This document shows positions 29,768-38,425 of a DNA stretch of 46,057 bases, piece after piece. A program made the position numbers and the translations under genes. The DNA lies in NCBI GenBank assembly GCA_030529015.1, contig JAUMXT010000001.1, positions 1 through 46,057 on the forward strand, read 5' to 3'. The notes under the pieces were generated by a model, which was not told the DNA's origin, searched no databases, and was given only the letters and a program-made list of their open reading frames with translations. The first letter of the stretch is position 1. Each line of letters opens with the position of its first letter. Source of the stretch: Bacillota bacterium. Lineage in GTDB: Bacteria > Bacillota > Clostridia > Peptostreptococcales > Anaerovoracaceae.

Positions 29768-31027
29768 CTATTTCTTATTCCTTTCGTGTCTCAGAAGTCC
29801 CATTGGTTCCATTGACATTCTTTCGCCCTGACCGAGACCTGCAACGCCTTCGTATCTGTAGTTTTCTATATCCTTACAGTTTTCATAGCTGCACTTCAGC
29901 GGAGGCTGATATCCAGGTTCTGTGTATGTAGTGATAACGCCTTCGTAGTTTCTCAGGATGATCTTATCAGGAGTCTGTGAAATGATGTACTGTGGCATTA
30001 CAGGAGTCTTGCCGCCGCCTCCCGGAGCATCTACTACGAATGTAGGTACTGCATAGCCTGAAGTATGTCCTCTCAGTCCTTCGATGATTTCGATACCCTT
30101 TGATACAGGTGTTCTGAAGTGTGAGATTCCCAGTGACAGGTCGCACTGATAGATGTAGTAAGGTCTTACTCTGTTCTTAACCAGTTCGTGCATCAGGTTT
30201 CTCATTACGTGTACGTCGTCGTTAACGCCTCTCAGCAGTACTGACTGGTTGCCCAAAGGGATACCTGCGTCAGCCAGTTTTTTCAGAGCTTCCTGAGCTT
30301 CAGGTGTCATTTCCTTAGGATGGTTGAAGTGTGTGTTCAGCCATACAGGGTGGTACTTCTTCAGCATTTCGCAAAGTTCATCAGTAACTCTCTGTGGCAT
30401 TACAACCGGAGTTCTTGAGCCGAGTCTTACGATTTCAACATGTGGAATCTTTCTCAGTTCGCTGAAGATGTATTCGAGAACGTCGTCTTCTACGCAAAGA
30501 CAGTCGCCGCCGGACAGAAGAACGTCTCTAACTACAGGAGTATTTCTGATGTATTCGATGCAAGCGTCGATATCTTCTCTGCTTCTTGCTCCGTCAGTTT
30601 CTCCTGCCAGTCTTCTTCTTGTGCAATGTCTGCAGTACATCGCGCACTGGTCAGTGATCAGGAAGAGTACTCTGTCAGGATATCTGTGAGTAAGTCCCGG
30701 TGCAGGAGAGTCTTCATCTTCGTGAAGAGGGTCCAGCATATCTGCTTCTGATCTGTGAGTTTCTTCAATGATAGGAACTGCCTGCATTCTTACAGGGCAG
30801 CTAGGATCGTCAGGGTCCATCAGTGATGCGTAGTAAGGTGTGATACCTACTCTGAAGCCGTCCATTACCTTAGCGATGTCAGCTTCTTCCTGAGCTGTCA
30901 GGTTAACAACCTGCTTGATTTCTTCTACAGTGTTTAATCTATTGTCTACCTGCCAATGCCAGTCGTTCCACTGTTCATCAGTAACGTCTTTCCAAATAGG
31001 AATGTCTTTCCAATTTCTAATAGCCAT
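29768..31027 (-). CDS. kamA: Lysine 2,3-aminomutase (radical SAM/PLP)
   Basis: HRYPDR, CAMYCRHC, SGGD, DAPGGGGK. Confidence 0.97.
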   Translation of the reverse strand: MAIRNWKDIPIWKDVTDEQWNDWHWQVDNRLNTVEEIKQVVNLTAQEEADIAKVMDGFRVGITPYYASLMDPDDPSCPVRMQAVPIIEETHRSEADMLDPLHEDEDSPAPGLTHRYPDRVLFLITDQCAMYCRHCTRRRLAGETDGARSREDIDACIEYIRNTPVVRDVLLSGGDCLCVEDDVLEYIFSELRKIPHVEIVRLGSRTPVVMPQRVTDELCEMLKKYHPVWLNTHFNHPKEMTPEAQEALKKLADAGIPLGNQSVLLRGVNDDVHVMRNLMHELVKNRVRPYYIYQCDLSLGISHFRTPVSKGIEIIEGLRGHTSGYAVPTFVVDAPGGGGKTPVMPQYIISQTPDKIILRNYEGVITTYTEPGYQPPLKCSYENCKDIENYRYEGVAGLGQGERMSMEPMGLLRHERNKK

Positions 31028-31078
31028 TGTTTAGCTCCTTTCAAAATTTAAATTCCCTGAAAAGCTTGCTTGACAAGC

Positions 31079-32146
31079 TTATGCGTACATTTCTTCGAAG
31101 AGATTCTTAATACCTTCATGTTCTCTCAGAACCTGCAGAGTGATTTCTGCATGACCCTTAGTGTAACCGTTTCCTACGATCATGTTTACGTCCTTGCCTA
31201 CGCCTTCTGCACCGAGGGCAGCCTTTGTGAAGCTTGTTGCCATGGAGAAGAAGTATACAGTACCGTCGTCCTTACATGACAGGATTGAAGCCATTTCAGT
31301 GTTTTCGATGTTTACACAGTTGATAACTACGTCACACAGCTTGCCGTCTGTCAGTTCCATGATCTTGTTGTACATTCCAACTGCATCTGAAGCATCCATG
31401 TGGAAGTATTCGTCAGCCAGATCCAGCTTTCTTGCTCTGTCTTCTGATTTCTGTGAGCCTGCAGCACAGATTACCTTACCTGTAACGCCTGCTCTCTTCT
31501 TAGCTTCATATAAGCACAGCAGACCGGATTTTCCGCCGCCGCCGATTACCAGAATGTTATCTCCAGGCTTAGCCAGCTTAGCTGCCTGTGCAGGAGCTCC
31601 TGCTACGTCCAGTGCTGAAAGAGCCAGTCCTTCAGGCATGTCATCAGGAAGCTTAGCATAGATTCCGCTCTGGAACAGGATTGCCTGACCTGTAATGTCA
31701 ACCTGGTCGATTGTAGGTCTCATTTCGTGGATTTCTTCAATTACCAGTGGTGTCAGTGACAGTGATACCAGAGTTGCGATCTTGTCGCCAACCTTCAGGT
31801 CGCCAACATATGCAGGGCCGATTTCCTTAACTGTTCCGATCAGCATTCCGCCTGAACCTGTCCAAGGATTCTTATGCTTACCTGCTTTAGCAACGATGGA
31901 CTTCATAGTTTCCTTAACTTTTTCCATTTCAGCTACATCACCTTCGATGTCAGCAGGCTTCTTGCCGTCACATGTTCTTCTTACGATTTCAGTGAATGAA
32001 GCAGAGTCGATGTTCAGAGTTTTTACATCGATGAGAACTTCATTGTCGTAAATTTCCATAGTGTTATCGATAACATCAGCCGGCTGTGGCAGTACTCCTT
32101 TAGGTTCGATAACTCTGTGTGTTCCGTAAGGGCATCCTTTTTTCAT
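31079..32146 (-). CDS. kdd: L-erythro-3,5-diaminohexanoate dehydrogenase
   Basis: CPYGTHRVIEPKGVLPQPA, NIDSASF, NPWTGSGGML, DVAGAP, GGGGKSG, GNGYTKGHA; heads the kam cluster. Confidence 0.93.
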   Translation of the reverse strand: MKKGCPYGTHRVIEPKGVLPQPADVIDNTMEIYDNEVLIDVKTLNIDSASFTEIVRRTCDGKKPADIEGDVAEMEKVKETMKSIVAKAGKHKNPWTGSGGMLIGTVKEIGPAYVGDLKVGDKIATLVSLSLTPLVIEEIHEMRPTIDQVDITGQAILFQSGIYAKLPDDMPEGLALSALDVAGAPAQAAKLAKPGDNILVIGGGGKSGLLCLYEAKKRAGVTGKVICAAGSQKSEDRARKLDLADEYFHMDASDAVGMYNKIMELTDGKLCDVVINCVNIENTEMASILSCKDDGTVYFFSMATSFTKAALGAEGVGKDVNMIVGNGYTKGHAEITLQVLREHEGIKNLFEEMYA

Positions 32147-32238
32147 AATTTACTTCCTCCTCAAATATTAAAAAATTTATTTTTATGCATTTAGGTTTTA
32201 AAAAACTCGCATAGCATAATTAAGTTACTATATTATTA

Positions 32239-32254
32239 AGCAATTAATGTGCCA
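32239..32254 (-). promoter_or_regulatory. Sigma54 (-24/-12) promoter of the kdd-kam-ato operon
   Basis: TGGCAC-ATTAA-TTGCT on the minus strand. Confidence 0.88.
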
Positions 32255-32400
32255 TTATTTAAAAGTAACCTGCTTGGTTTTCAAATACTTGGGTGCGTCC
32301 CTATAAAATCGTTGAAATTTACAGACTTTTCAAACGAACGCTTTTTTATGTTTTTTTTATTAACTTTTTTACTATTTTTCAATCTCAAAACCGGCAACAA

Positions 32401-32444
32401 AAAAGCGAGCTTTCGAACCATTTTAGGTTCATATGCTCGCTTTT
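32401..32444 (-). terminator. Probable terminator of the regulator gene (overlaps a candidate enhancer site)
   Basis: AAAAGCGAGC...GCTCGCTTTT inverted repeat. Confidence 0.6.
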
Positions 32445-32483
32445 ATGTGATTCTCATTCGGTTCACATGTCGCTCAAGCCCTT

Positions 32484-34547
32484 TTACAGCCCATATTTGT
32501 TCTTTTTTCTCACCAGCTGCGTCTGGCTTATGTTTATAGCCTTGGCAGCTTTTCTCGTGGACCCGTACTTGTCGCACGCATATTTTATGATGTTTCTTTC
32601 GAAATTATCTACCATTGAGGCAAGATCCATCTCTCCGCTGTCTATTGCAGCATGATCTATGTTTAGGTTTATGCTCTCCATCGCATCTCCATGAAGTTCG
32701 CGCATCACGTCGAGAATGGTAATAGTATCACTCTTACAGCCTATGATGAGACGCTGCGTAACGTTTTCCAGTTCTCTTATGTTGCCCGGCCAGTCACGAT
32801 TACGCAGATATTCCTTCGCTTCTTCATCTATTTCTTTATCCACACCGAACTTATCGTTATATTTCTTTATGAACGTCTCCACAAGCGGAGGTATATCTTC
32901 ACGCCTGCCGGCAAGCGCCGGAACTCTTATCGGAAACACGTTGAGTCTGTAGTAAAGGTCTCTTCTGAACAGCTTCTGTTCCACCTGTTCTTCCAGATCC
33001 CTGTTGGTCGCCGATATGATTCTGACATTAGTCTTTACAGGTTCTGTTCCGCCAACCTTGATAAATTCACCATCCTGGATTACTCTCAATAATTTCGCCT
33101 GGATGTCCAGTGGAAGTTCTCCCACTTCGTCAAGGAATATAACCCCGTTATCAGCAGCCTCAAAGTAGCCTTTTTTGCCGCCTGCGTTAGCGCCCGTAAA
33201 AGCGCCCTTTTCATATCCGAAGAACTCCGACTCTATCAAGTTAGGAGAAATCGATGCGCAGTTTATCTTAATAAAAGGATGCACCTTTCTCGAACTGTTT
33301 TTCTGAATTATATTGGCCACCTTTTCCTTGCCGACACCTGTTTCTCCCGTTATCAAAACATTACAGTCGTACTTGGAAACGCTGATTATTTCTTCCATTA
33401 CAGCTTTCATGCTTCTGCTTACCGCCACGAAATCTTCTGCCATTGTAAGCCCGTAGCCGGCATAATGATTGACGCTCGGGTCAGCCTTTGTCTTGCCCTT
33501 CACTCTGAGGTTTTCATGTATTCCGGCATCCTCGAAGTACGGTGCCAGTTCCTTTACTATTTCGAAGTCGTATTCGTCATACTTGTCGAGATATCCGTCA
33601 GCACAACGAATTTTGAGATCTCTGGAAACAGCCTCCGTAATATAAAGCGCAATGTTGTAGTTGCTTATAAAGTTGGCAAATATAACGGTTCCTCCTGATT
33701 TGGTTCCTATTATATTTATAGTCTCGGCTCCCGGGATATCGGCGCAGTTTACCGACATGTCCATCGGCGCGACATCGTTAAAAGTTTTGAGACATTCAAC
33801 AGGGCGGAGAAGATTGTGATATGATATATCATTGAACACGTAAGACATGAGCTTTTCTATCTTATATCCCTTAAGGAACAACTCTGTGTTTATGTCAAAA
33901 ATACAGTATATCTCAGCTTCTTCACCTACGCTCTTTCTTATGGTGTAGCCAAACAGCAAATTCATTATCGGGTTGTTGCCGACTACTGCGAATCGCTTCT
34001 TTCCCAGCGCCTCCTTACTTACTGTATATAGTGTTCCCGATTCATTAAACGTGAACATCAAAAGGTCCACAGGAAGCTCGGCCGGTCTTTTTACGATAGG
34101 AACTCCCGGCAAAATGATGGCATATCCTTCAACGTCAGCCTGAGTGTATATCCTGTCTATGCTATGTACCTTGTCAAGATAAAGAGGAGTTCCCGCAAGA
34201 GATGCATTTAAAATGACTTCATCCCCTACTTTGAAACCCTTGCTGTTATCATAGTCCGGCGCGATTTCTTCGATTATGCCGTACAGAAGACCTCCTGTGT
34301 CTGTAACAGGATTGTGAAGCTTGCCTCTTCTTATTACTATGTCTTTTATTTTTTCTTTGATCAGATTTTCGTCGTTATTGGTTTCCTGGCACAGCTGTCT
34401 GAACCCGGTCCCTTCAATATGTATCTTCTTGGCGCTTACTCGGATTTCGCCGCTCTTTAACGTTCTGCTGTTATCGAGCTGCCACGCCGAAGCAGGAAAC
34501 ACATTGGCGGGAGCAATAACCCTCTCCAGTCCATATGAGTTTTTCAT
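32484..34547 (-). CDS. Sigma54-dependent activator (bEBP) with a Kdd-like N-terminal domain
   Basis: AAA+ (GETGVGKE, ESEFFG, GAFTGA, FLDEVGE, WPGNIRELEN) and a C-terminal HTH. The N-terminal ~350 aa align by eye with Kdd. ATG at 34547 after GGAAG. Confidence 0.92.
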   Translation of the reverse strand: MKNSYGLERVIAPANVFPASAWQLDNSRTLKSGEIRVSAKKIHIEGTGFRQLCQETNNDENLIKEKIKDIVIRRGKLHNPVTDTGGLLYGIIEEIAPDYDNSKGFKVGDEVILNASLAGTPLYLDKVHSIDRIYTQADVEGYAIILPGVPIVKRPAELPVDLLMFTFNESGTLYTVSKEALGKKRFAVVGNNPIMNLLFGYTIRKSVGEEAEIYCIFDINTELFLKGYKIEKLMSYVFNDISYHNLLRPVECLKTFNDVAPMDMSVNCADIPGAETINIIGTKSGGTVIFANFISNYNIALYITEAVSRDLKIRCADGYLDKYDEYDFEIVKELAPYFEDAGIHENLRVKGKTKADPSVNHYAGYGLTMAEDFVAVSRSMKAVMEEIISVSKYDCNVLITGETGVGKEKVANIIQKNSSRKVHPFIKINCASISPNLIESEFFGYEKGAFTGANAGGKKGYFEAADNGVIFLDEVGELPLDIQAKLLRVIQDGEFIKVGGTEPVKTNVRIISATNRDLEEQVEQKLFRRDLYYRLNVFPIRVPALAGRREDIPPLVETFIKKYNDKFGVDKEIDEEAKEYLRNRDWPGNIRELENVTQRLIIGCKSDTITILDVMRELHGDAMESINLNIDHAAIDSGEMDLASMVDNFERNIIKYACDKYGSTRKAAKAINISQTQLVRKKNKYGL

Positions 34548-34622
34548 ATTCACATCTTCCTTTTTCGAATCACCCGTGAACACAAATCGGTTCACTTTCG
34601 CTTGATTTCAATAATAAACCAT

Positions 34623-34638
34623 TGGCACACCTTTTGCA
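34623..34638 (+). promoter_or_regulatory. Sigma54 (-24/-12) promoter of kal
   Basis: TGGCAC-ACCTT-TTGCA. Confidence 0.88.
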
Positions 34639-34695
34639 ATAAGATATAATATAATTACTTATTAAATTTCGAAATTTAAAAAAGGAGAGTTAACA

Positions 34696-35085
34696 ATGGA
34701 AAAAATCACTTCAATGCTGAGAGTACGTATGTCACATAAAGATGCTCACTACGGCGGAAGCCTGGTAGACGGAGCTCACATGAACCACCTGTTCGGAGAT
34801 GTTGCTACTGAACTGCTGATCAAGTGCGACGGAGATGAAGGTCTGTTCCTGAGATATGATGAAACTGAGTTCCTGGCTCCTACATATGCAGGCGACTACC
34901 TGGAAGTTTACGGAGAAATCTATGAAATGGGTAACACTTCAAGAAAGATGAAGTTCGAAGCAAGAAAAGTTGTAGCTGCAAGACCTGACATCAGCGCTTC
35001 TGCTGCTGACTTCCTTGACGAACCAATCGTAGTTGCAAGAGCAAAGGGTATCTGCGTAACTCCAAAAGAAATGCAGAGAAAATAA
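34696..35085 (+). CDS. kal: 3-aminobutyryl-CoA ammonia lyase (hotdog fold)
   Basis: [40 protein letters not shown]; lysine cluster context. Confidence 0.92.
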   Translation: MEKITSMLRVRMSHKDAHYGGSLVDGAHMNHLFGDVATELLIKCDGDEGLFLRYDETEFLAPTYAGDYLEVYGEIYEMGNTSRKMKFEARKVVAARPDISASAADFLDEPIVVARAKGICVTPKEMQRK

Positions 35086-35092
35086 CGACAAG

Positions 35093-35118
35093 AAAAAAGA
35101 GTGCTTCGGCACTCTTTT
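35093..35118. terminator. Bidirectional terminator between kal and rluB
   Basis: AAAAGAGTGC-TTCG-GCACTCTTTT. Confidence 0.9.
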
Positions 35119-35821
35119 ATAATTTTTTGAGATATTCTATTTCTTCTCTGTTCAGCTTGCGGTAATGACCTTCCATGAGTCTTCCCAGCTTGATTTCACC
35201 AATAGCAACTCGTTCAAGCTCCTGAACTTTATTGCCGACAGCTGCGAACATCTTTCTCACCTGGCGGTTTTTACCTTCTTTTATGCTTATCTCTACGATA
35301 GCATGTCTTGGCATCTGCTTTATAACCTTTACTTTAGCAGGAGAAGTAACAAAGCCTCCTATGTCCACACCTTTGCGAAGCTTCGCAAGGCGCGTATCCG
35401 AAATGACACCTGCAACCTTTGCAACATAAGTCTTATAGACTTCGTGCTTAGGATGTGTCAGGGTATATGTCAGCTGTCCGTCATTAGTCATGATGAGAAG
35501 TCCGGATGTGTTGTAGTCGAGACGTCCTACAGGAAACAGTCTCTCAGGAATATCGGAAACCAGCTCAGCAACTGTAGCTCTATCCTTATCATCGTCCATC
35601 GATGTGATATATCCCAACGGCTTGTTTACGGCCACATAAACTTTTTTGCCTACGGCATCGATCTTCTTACCGTTGACTTGAACCACATCGCCGTCTTCAA
35701 CCTGATAGCCCATTTCTTTTACGGTAGCACCGTTTACTTTAACGTTGCCGTTTTCTATCAATTCATCTGCTTTTCGTCTGCTGCATATTCCTGCATCCGC
35801 TATATATTTATTGAGTCTCAT
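35117..35821 (-). CDS. rluB: S4-domain rRNA pseudouridine synthase (RluB/RsuA family)
   Basis: RLNKYIA..GICSRRKAD, NKPLG, GRLD, EGKNRQVRKM. Confidence 0.88.
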   Translation of the reverse strand: MRLNKYIADAGICSRRKADELIENGNVKVNGATVKEMGYQVEDGDVVQVNGKKIDAVGKKVYVAVNKPLGYITSMDDDKDRATVAELVSDIPERLFPVGRLDYNTSGLLIMTNDGQLTYTLTHPKHEVYKTYVAKVAGVISDTRLAKLRKGVDIGGFVTSPAKVKVIKQMPRHAIVEISIKEGKNRQVRKMFAAVGNKVQELERVAIGEIKLGRLMEGHYRKLNREEIEYLKKL

Positions 35822-35835
35822 TGTTACCCTTTCAA

Positions 35836-36870
35836 TTACCATTTATTAAATACTTTTTCCGCAAATCCGAAGAAGTCCTTAAGCTGAAGCTCTGTACCAT
35901 CGTCGAGCACAGCTTTTCCTGTGAATTTACCGAACACCTGGTGCTGCTTGGAACACAGGATCTTAAAATCAGTATCTGACGCTCTGTCCAGCACAGGCAC
36001 GAAATCCATTTCGAATCTGCCGTCATCGCTTGTAAATGTCCACGGTTCCATGAACACATCGTTGCCCTTAGCATCCTTCGGTATGTTGAAACTTACCTGC
36101 GAAAGCTTGTGAGCTTTGCCATCATAGAACAACATATTTTCTGATGCTGCCGATGTGTCTCCGAAGCCATAGCCGATATTGAAGCCAAACGGCTTACCTT
36201 CATAAGTTCCTGATGCGCTTCCCCAATACCATGTATTCTTATATGTCCACACGCCTCTTCCCCAGTCGAGGACCCCGAATGCAGTTTCCGGATCAAACGT
36301 ATGCTTACGTCCGTATATTTCAACAAAGCCTGATGCCGGCAGGCAATTTATCTTCTGATTGTAATAAAAAGCCGTATCTTTCTTAGGGAAAGGAGTTGCG
36401 ATAACCATAGTTTCCGGTTCTGTATTTTCCAGAACTATTTCTCCTCTTATAGGCTCGCCTTCATGGAACTTGTCCATCTTGAAGGAAAGAGTTCTCTTCT
36501 TGCCGTCATTCTTAAACGAAAGGAAATAATTCTTACCGAAAATTTCAACGTCGCCCTCATCGGAGGTTGCCGGGAATCCTGTTTTCCCCATAGGGAAGAT
36601 TCTCATCGGACTTACCGTCTTTTCCCAAGGCTCTTCAAAATCCAGGAAGGAAATGCTGTCAAGTCCCATGTATGAATTATCTGCAATAGTCAGTGCAACG
36701 CCGACTTTACCGTCTGTAATGAGATAATAATCCCATTCCTTGATGCGTGTGCTTCCGCCTTTGATTGCATTTCTGTCATATTCCAAAACCAGCTCTGTGG
36801 CATAGCCTGCTTCTGTAAGTATTCCCTTTTCATCAAGAAGCGGCTTTCTCTCTGTTATCTTGTGCTGCAT
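35836..36870 (-). CDS. DUF2804-like protein
   Basis: RIKEWDYY, FYYNQK, LDWGRG, YWGSASG, HQVFGKF pattern recalled for this family; ATG at 36870 after AGGAGG. Confidence 0.7.
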   Translation of the reverse strand: MQHKITERKPLLDEKGILTEAGYATELVLEYDRNAIKGGSTRIKEWDYYLITDGKVGVALTIADNSYMGLDSISFLDFEEPWEKTVSPMRIFPMGKTGFPATSDEGDVEIFGKNYFLSFKNDGKKRTLSFKMDKFHEGEPIRGEIVLENTEPETMVIATPFPKKDTAFYYNQKINCLPASGFVEIYGRKHTFDPETAFGVLDWGRGVWTYKNTWYWGSASGTYEGKPFGFNIGYGFGDTSAASENMLFYDGKAHKLSQVSFNIPKDAKGNDVFMEPWTFTSDDGRFEMDFVPVLDRASDTDFKILCSKQHQVFGKFTGKAVLDDGTELQLKDFFGFAEKVFNKW

Positions 36871-36969
36871 AGAAACCTCCTGTCTTCCTAATAATTTCCG
36901 TATGATAATTATATTCATTCAAAACATTTTTTGCAATATGTAGTATAATGGTTTTATCAGGAGGTTGTC

Positions 36970-38163
36970 ATGAAAAAACAAGCTAAACGATTAAAATCAC
37001 AAATAGACTCGCTTACAGTATTTTCTCACATCAAAGAAGATAAGGTTATAAGCAAGCTAAGTGCTCTTCTCGAAGCCGCGTCAGGCAAGTCAGGAGAAGA
37101 AGGCGTGCGTCTTTACAGCGACTTCGTTGCGTCCCTTTATCCTCATACCGTAAGTCTTACGGAATACATTCGTACCCTGATGATCCAGGACGATAATTTT
37201 TATGTAAAGGGCAGAGCCTCCGGCGCATCCATCGATACTTGTGTGCTCGATGCTGTAGATGCGGAAATAGAAATACTTCAGGCCCTCGCCTCTATAGATT
37301 CAAACGAAATGAAGGCTGCATTAGGATATGACGGCTATCTTCCGGCTTGGAGAACTCATGAGATCGATCTTCGTTATGACTTCATGGAAAAGCTTAAGAA
37401 TATCACTAAAACAGGCTACGGCATTTTCGCTAAATACGACTTCTTCAGAGTAGAAGATGGCGATATAATCCCTGTTGCCCATCCCGACTATCAGCAGATG
37501 AATCAGCTCTTCGAATATGAAAGAGAACGCGACTTGATCCTTAAAAACACCGAAGCTCTCGTAAATGGCACAGGAGCCAGCAACATGCTGCTTTACGGCG
37601 ATGCGGGAACCGGAAAAAGTTCCACCATCAAGGCAGTTGCCCATCATCTGGCACCGCAGGGACTTCGCATAATAGAAGTTAAGAAAAACCAGCTCTATCA
37701 AATCCCTAAGATCATGGAAGAGCTGGCAGCCAATCCTCTTAAATTCATATTGTTTATTGACGATTTGAGCTTTACAGGAAATGATGATAACTTCTCGGCC
37801 CTTAAGGCAACTCTCGAAGGAAGCATTTCCGGCTGCGGCGACAACGCTGTGATTTACGCAACAAGTAACCGCCGCCACCTGGTAAAAGAATCCTTCGGCG
37901 ACCGCATGGGAGACGAGCTGCATCTTAACGACACTATGCAGGAAACAATGAGCCTGGCTGCACGTTTCGGCCTGACCATCACATTCCAGAAACCTGACAA
38001 GGACGAATACTTGTCTATCGTCAAATCTCTGGCAGCCGAATACGGTATAGATATGCCTGAAGAAGAGCTGTTCAAGAAAGCCGAAGCCCATGCCATCCGT
38101 AAAAACGGAAGAAGCCCGAGAACTGCCAAACAGTTCATCGAGCTCCTTAAAATCGGTATATAA
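36970..38163 (+). CDS. DUF815-family AAA+ ATPase
   Basis: GDAGTGKSS, FIDDLSF, LKATLEG, YATSNRRHL, RSPRTAKQF. Confidence 0.85.
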   Translation: MKKQAKRLKSQIDSLTVFSHIKEDKVISKLSALLEAASGKSGEEGVRLYSDFVASLYPHTVSLTEYIRTLMIQDDNFYVKGRASGASIDTCVLDAVDAEIEILQALASIDSNEMKAALGYDGYLPAWRTHEIDLRYDFMEKLKNITKTGYGIFAKYDFFRVEDGDIIPVAHPDYQQMNQLFEYERERDLILKNTEALVNGTGASNMLLYGDAGTGKSSTIKAVAHHLAPQGLRIIEVKKNQLYQIPKIMEELAANPLKFILFIDDLSFTGNDDNFSALKATLEGSISGCGDNAVIYATSNRRHLVKESFGDRMGDELHLNDTMQETMSLAARFGLTITFQKPDKDEYLSIVKSLAAEYGIDMPEEELFKKAEAHAIRKNGRSPRTAKQFIELLKIGI

Positions 38164-38191
38164 TACGTGTAGGCACTCTATGAAATGTGCT

Positions 38192-38407
38192 TTTCAGCCA
38201 ACCACTCATTTCCCATGTCCAGTGGCTGAAAAAAATGTTTTTAGCAACACCAACACTCAAACAAAGCAAAAGATTTCAGCCAACAGTTAAACATTTTCTG
38301 ACTTTAGCTGAAATCTTTTTTATTTTTTCCTTTGATCACACCAACAAATTGATGTTTTCATTATTGTTTCAGCCAAAAAATCGACAGCTCTCCTCATTTA
38401 GCTGAAA
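38192..38407. repeat. Three-unit palindromic repeat array
   Basis: TTTCAGCCAA-N20/21-KTRGCTGAAA at 38192, 38274 and 38367; ACACCAACA in both linkers. Confidence 0.8.
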
Positions 38408-38425
38408 CTCAAAAATCACTCACTA

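Noticed and set aside
32340-32380. Rex operator upstream of the lysine operon
   Set aside because: Only a weak resemblance to TTGTNAA-N4-TTNACAA within a T-rich tract; not distinguishable from background.
32147-32483. Lysine riboswitch upstream of the kdd-kam operon
   Set aside because: No L-box consensus. The sigma54 promoter and enhancer candidates account for the region.
38192-38407. CRISPR or TIGR array
   Set aside because: The conserved parts are short inverted arms with poorly conserved linkers of unequal length. There are only three units, and no cas or Nop-domain gene is in the window.
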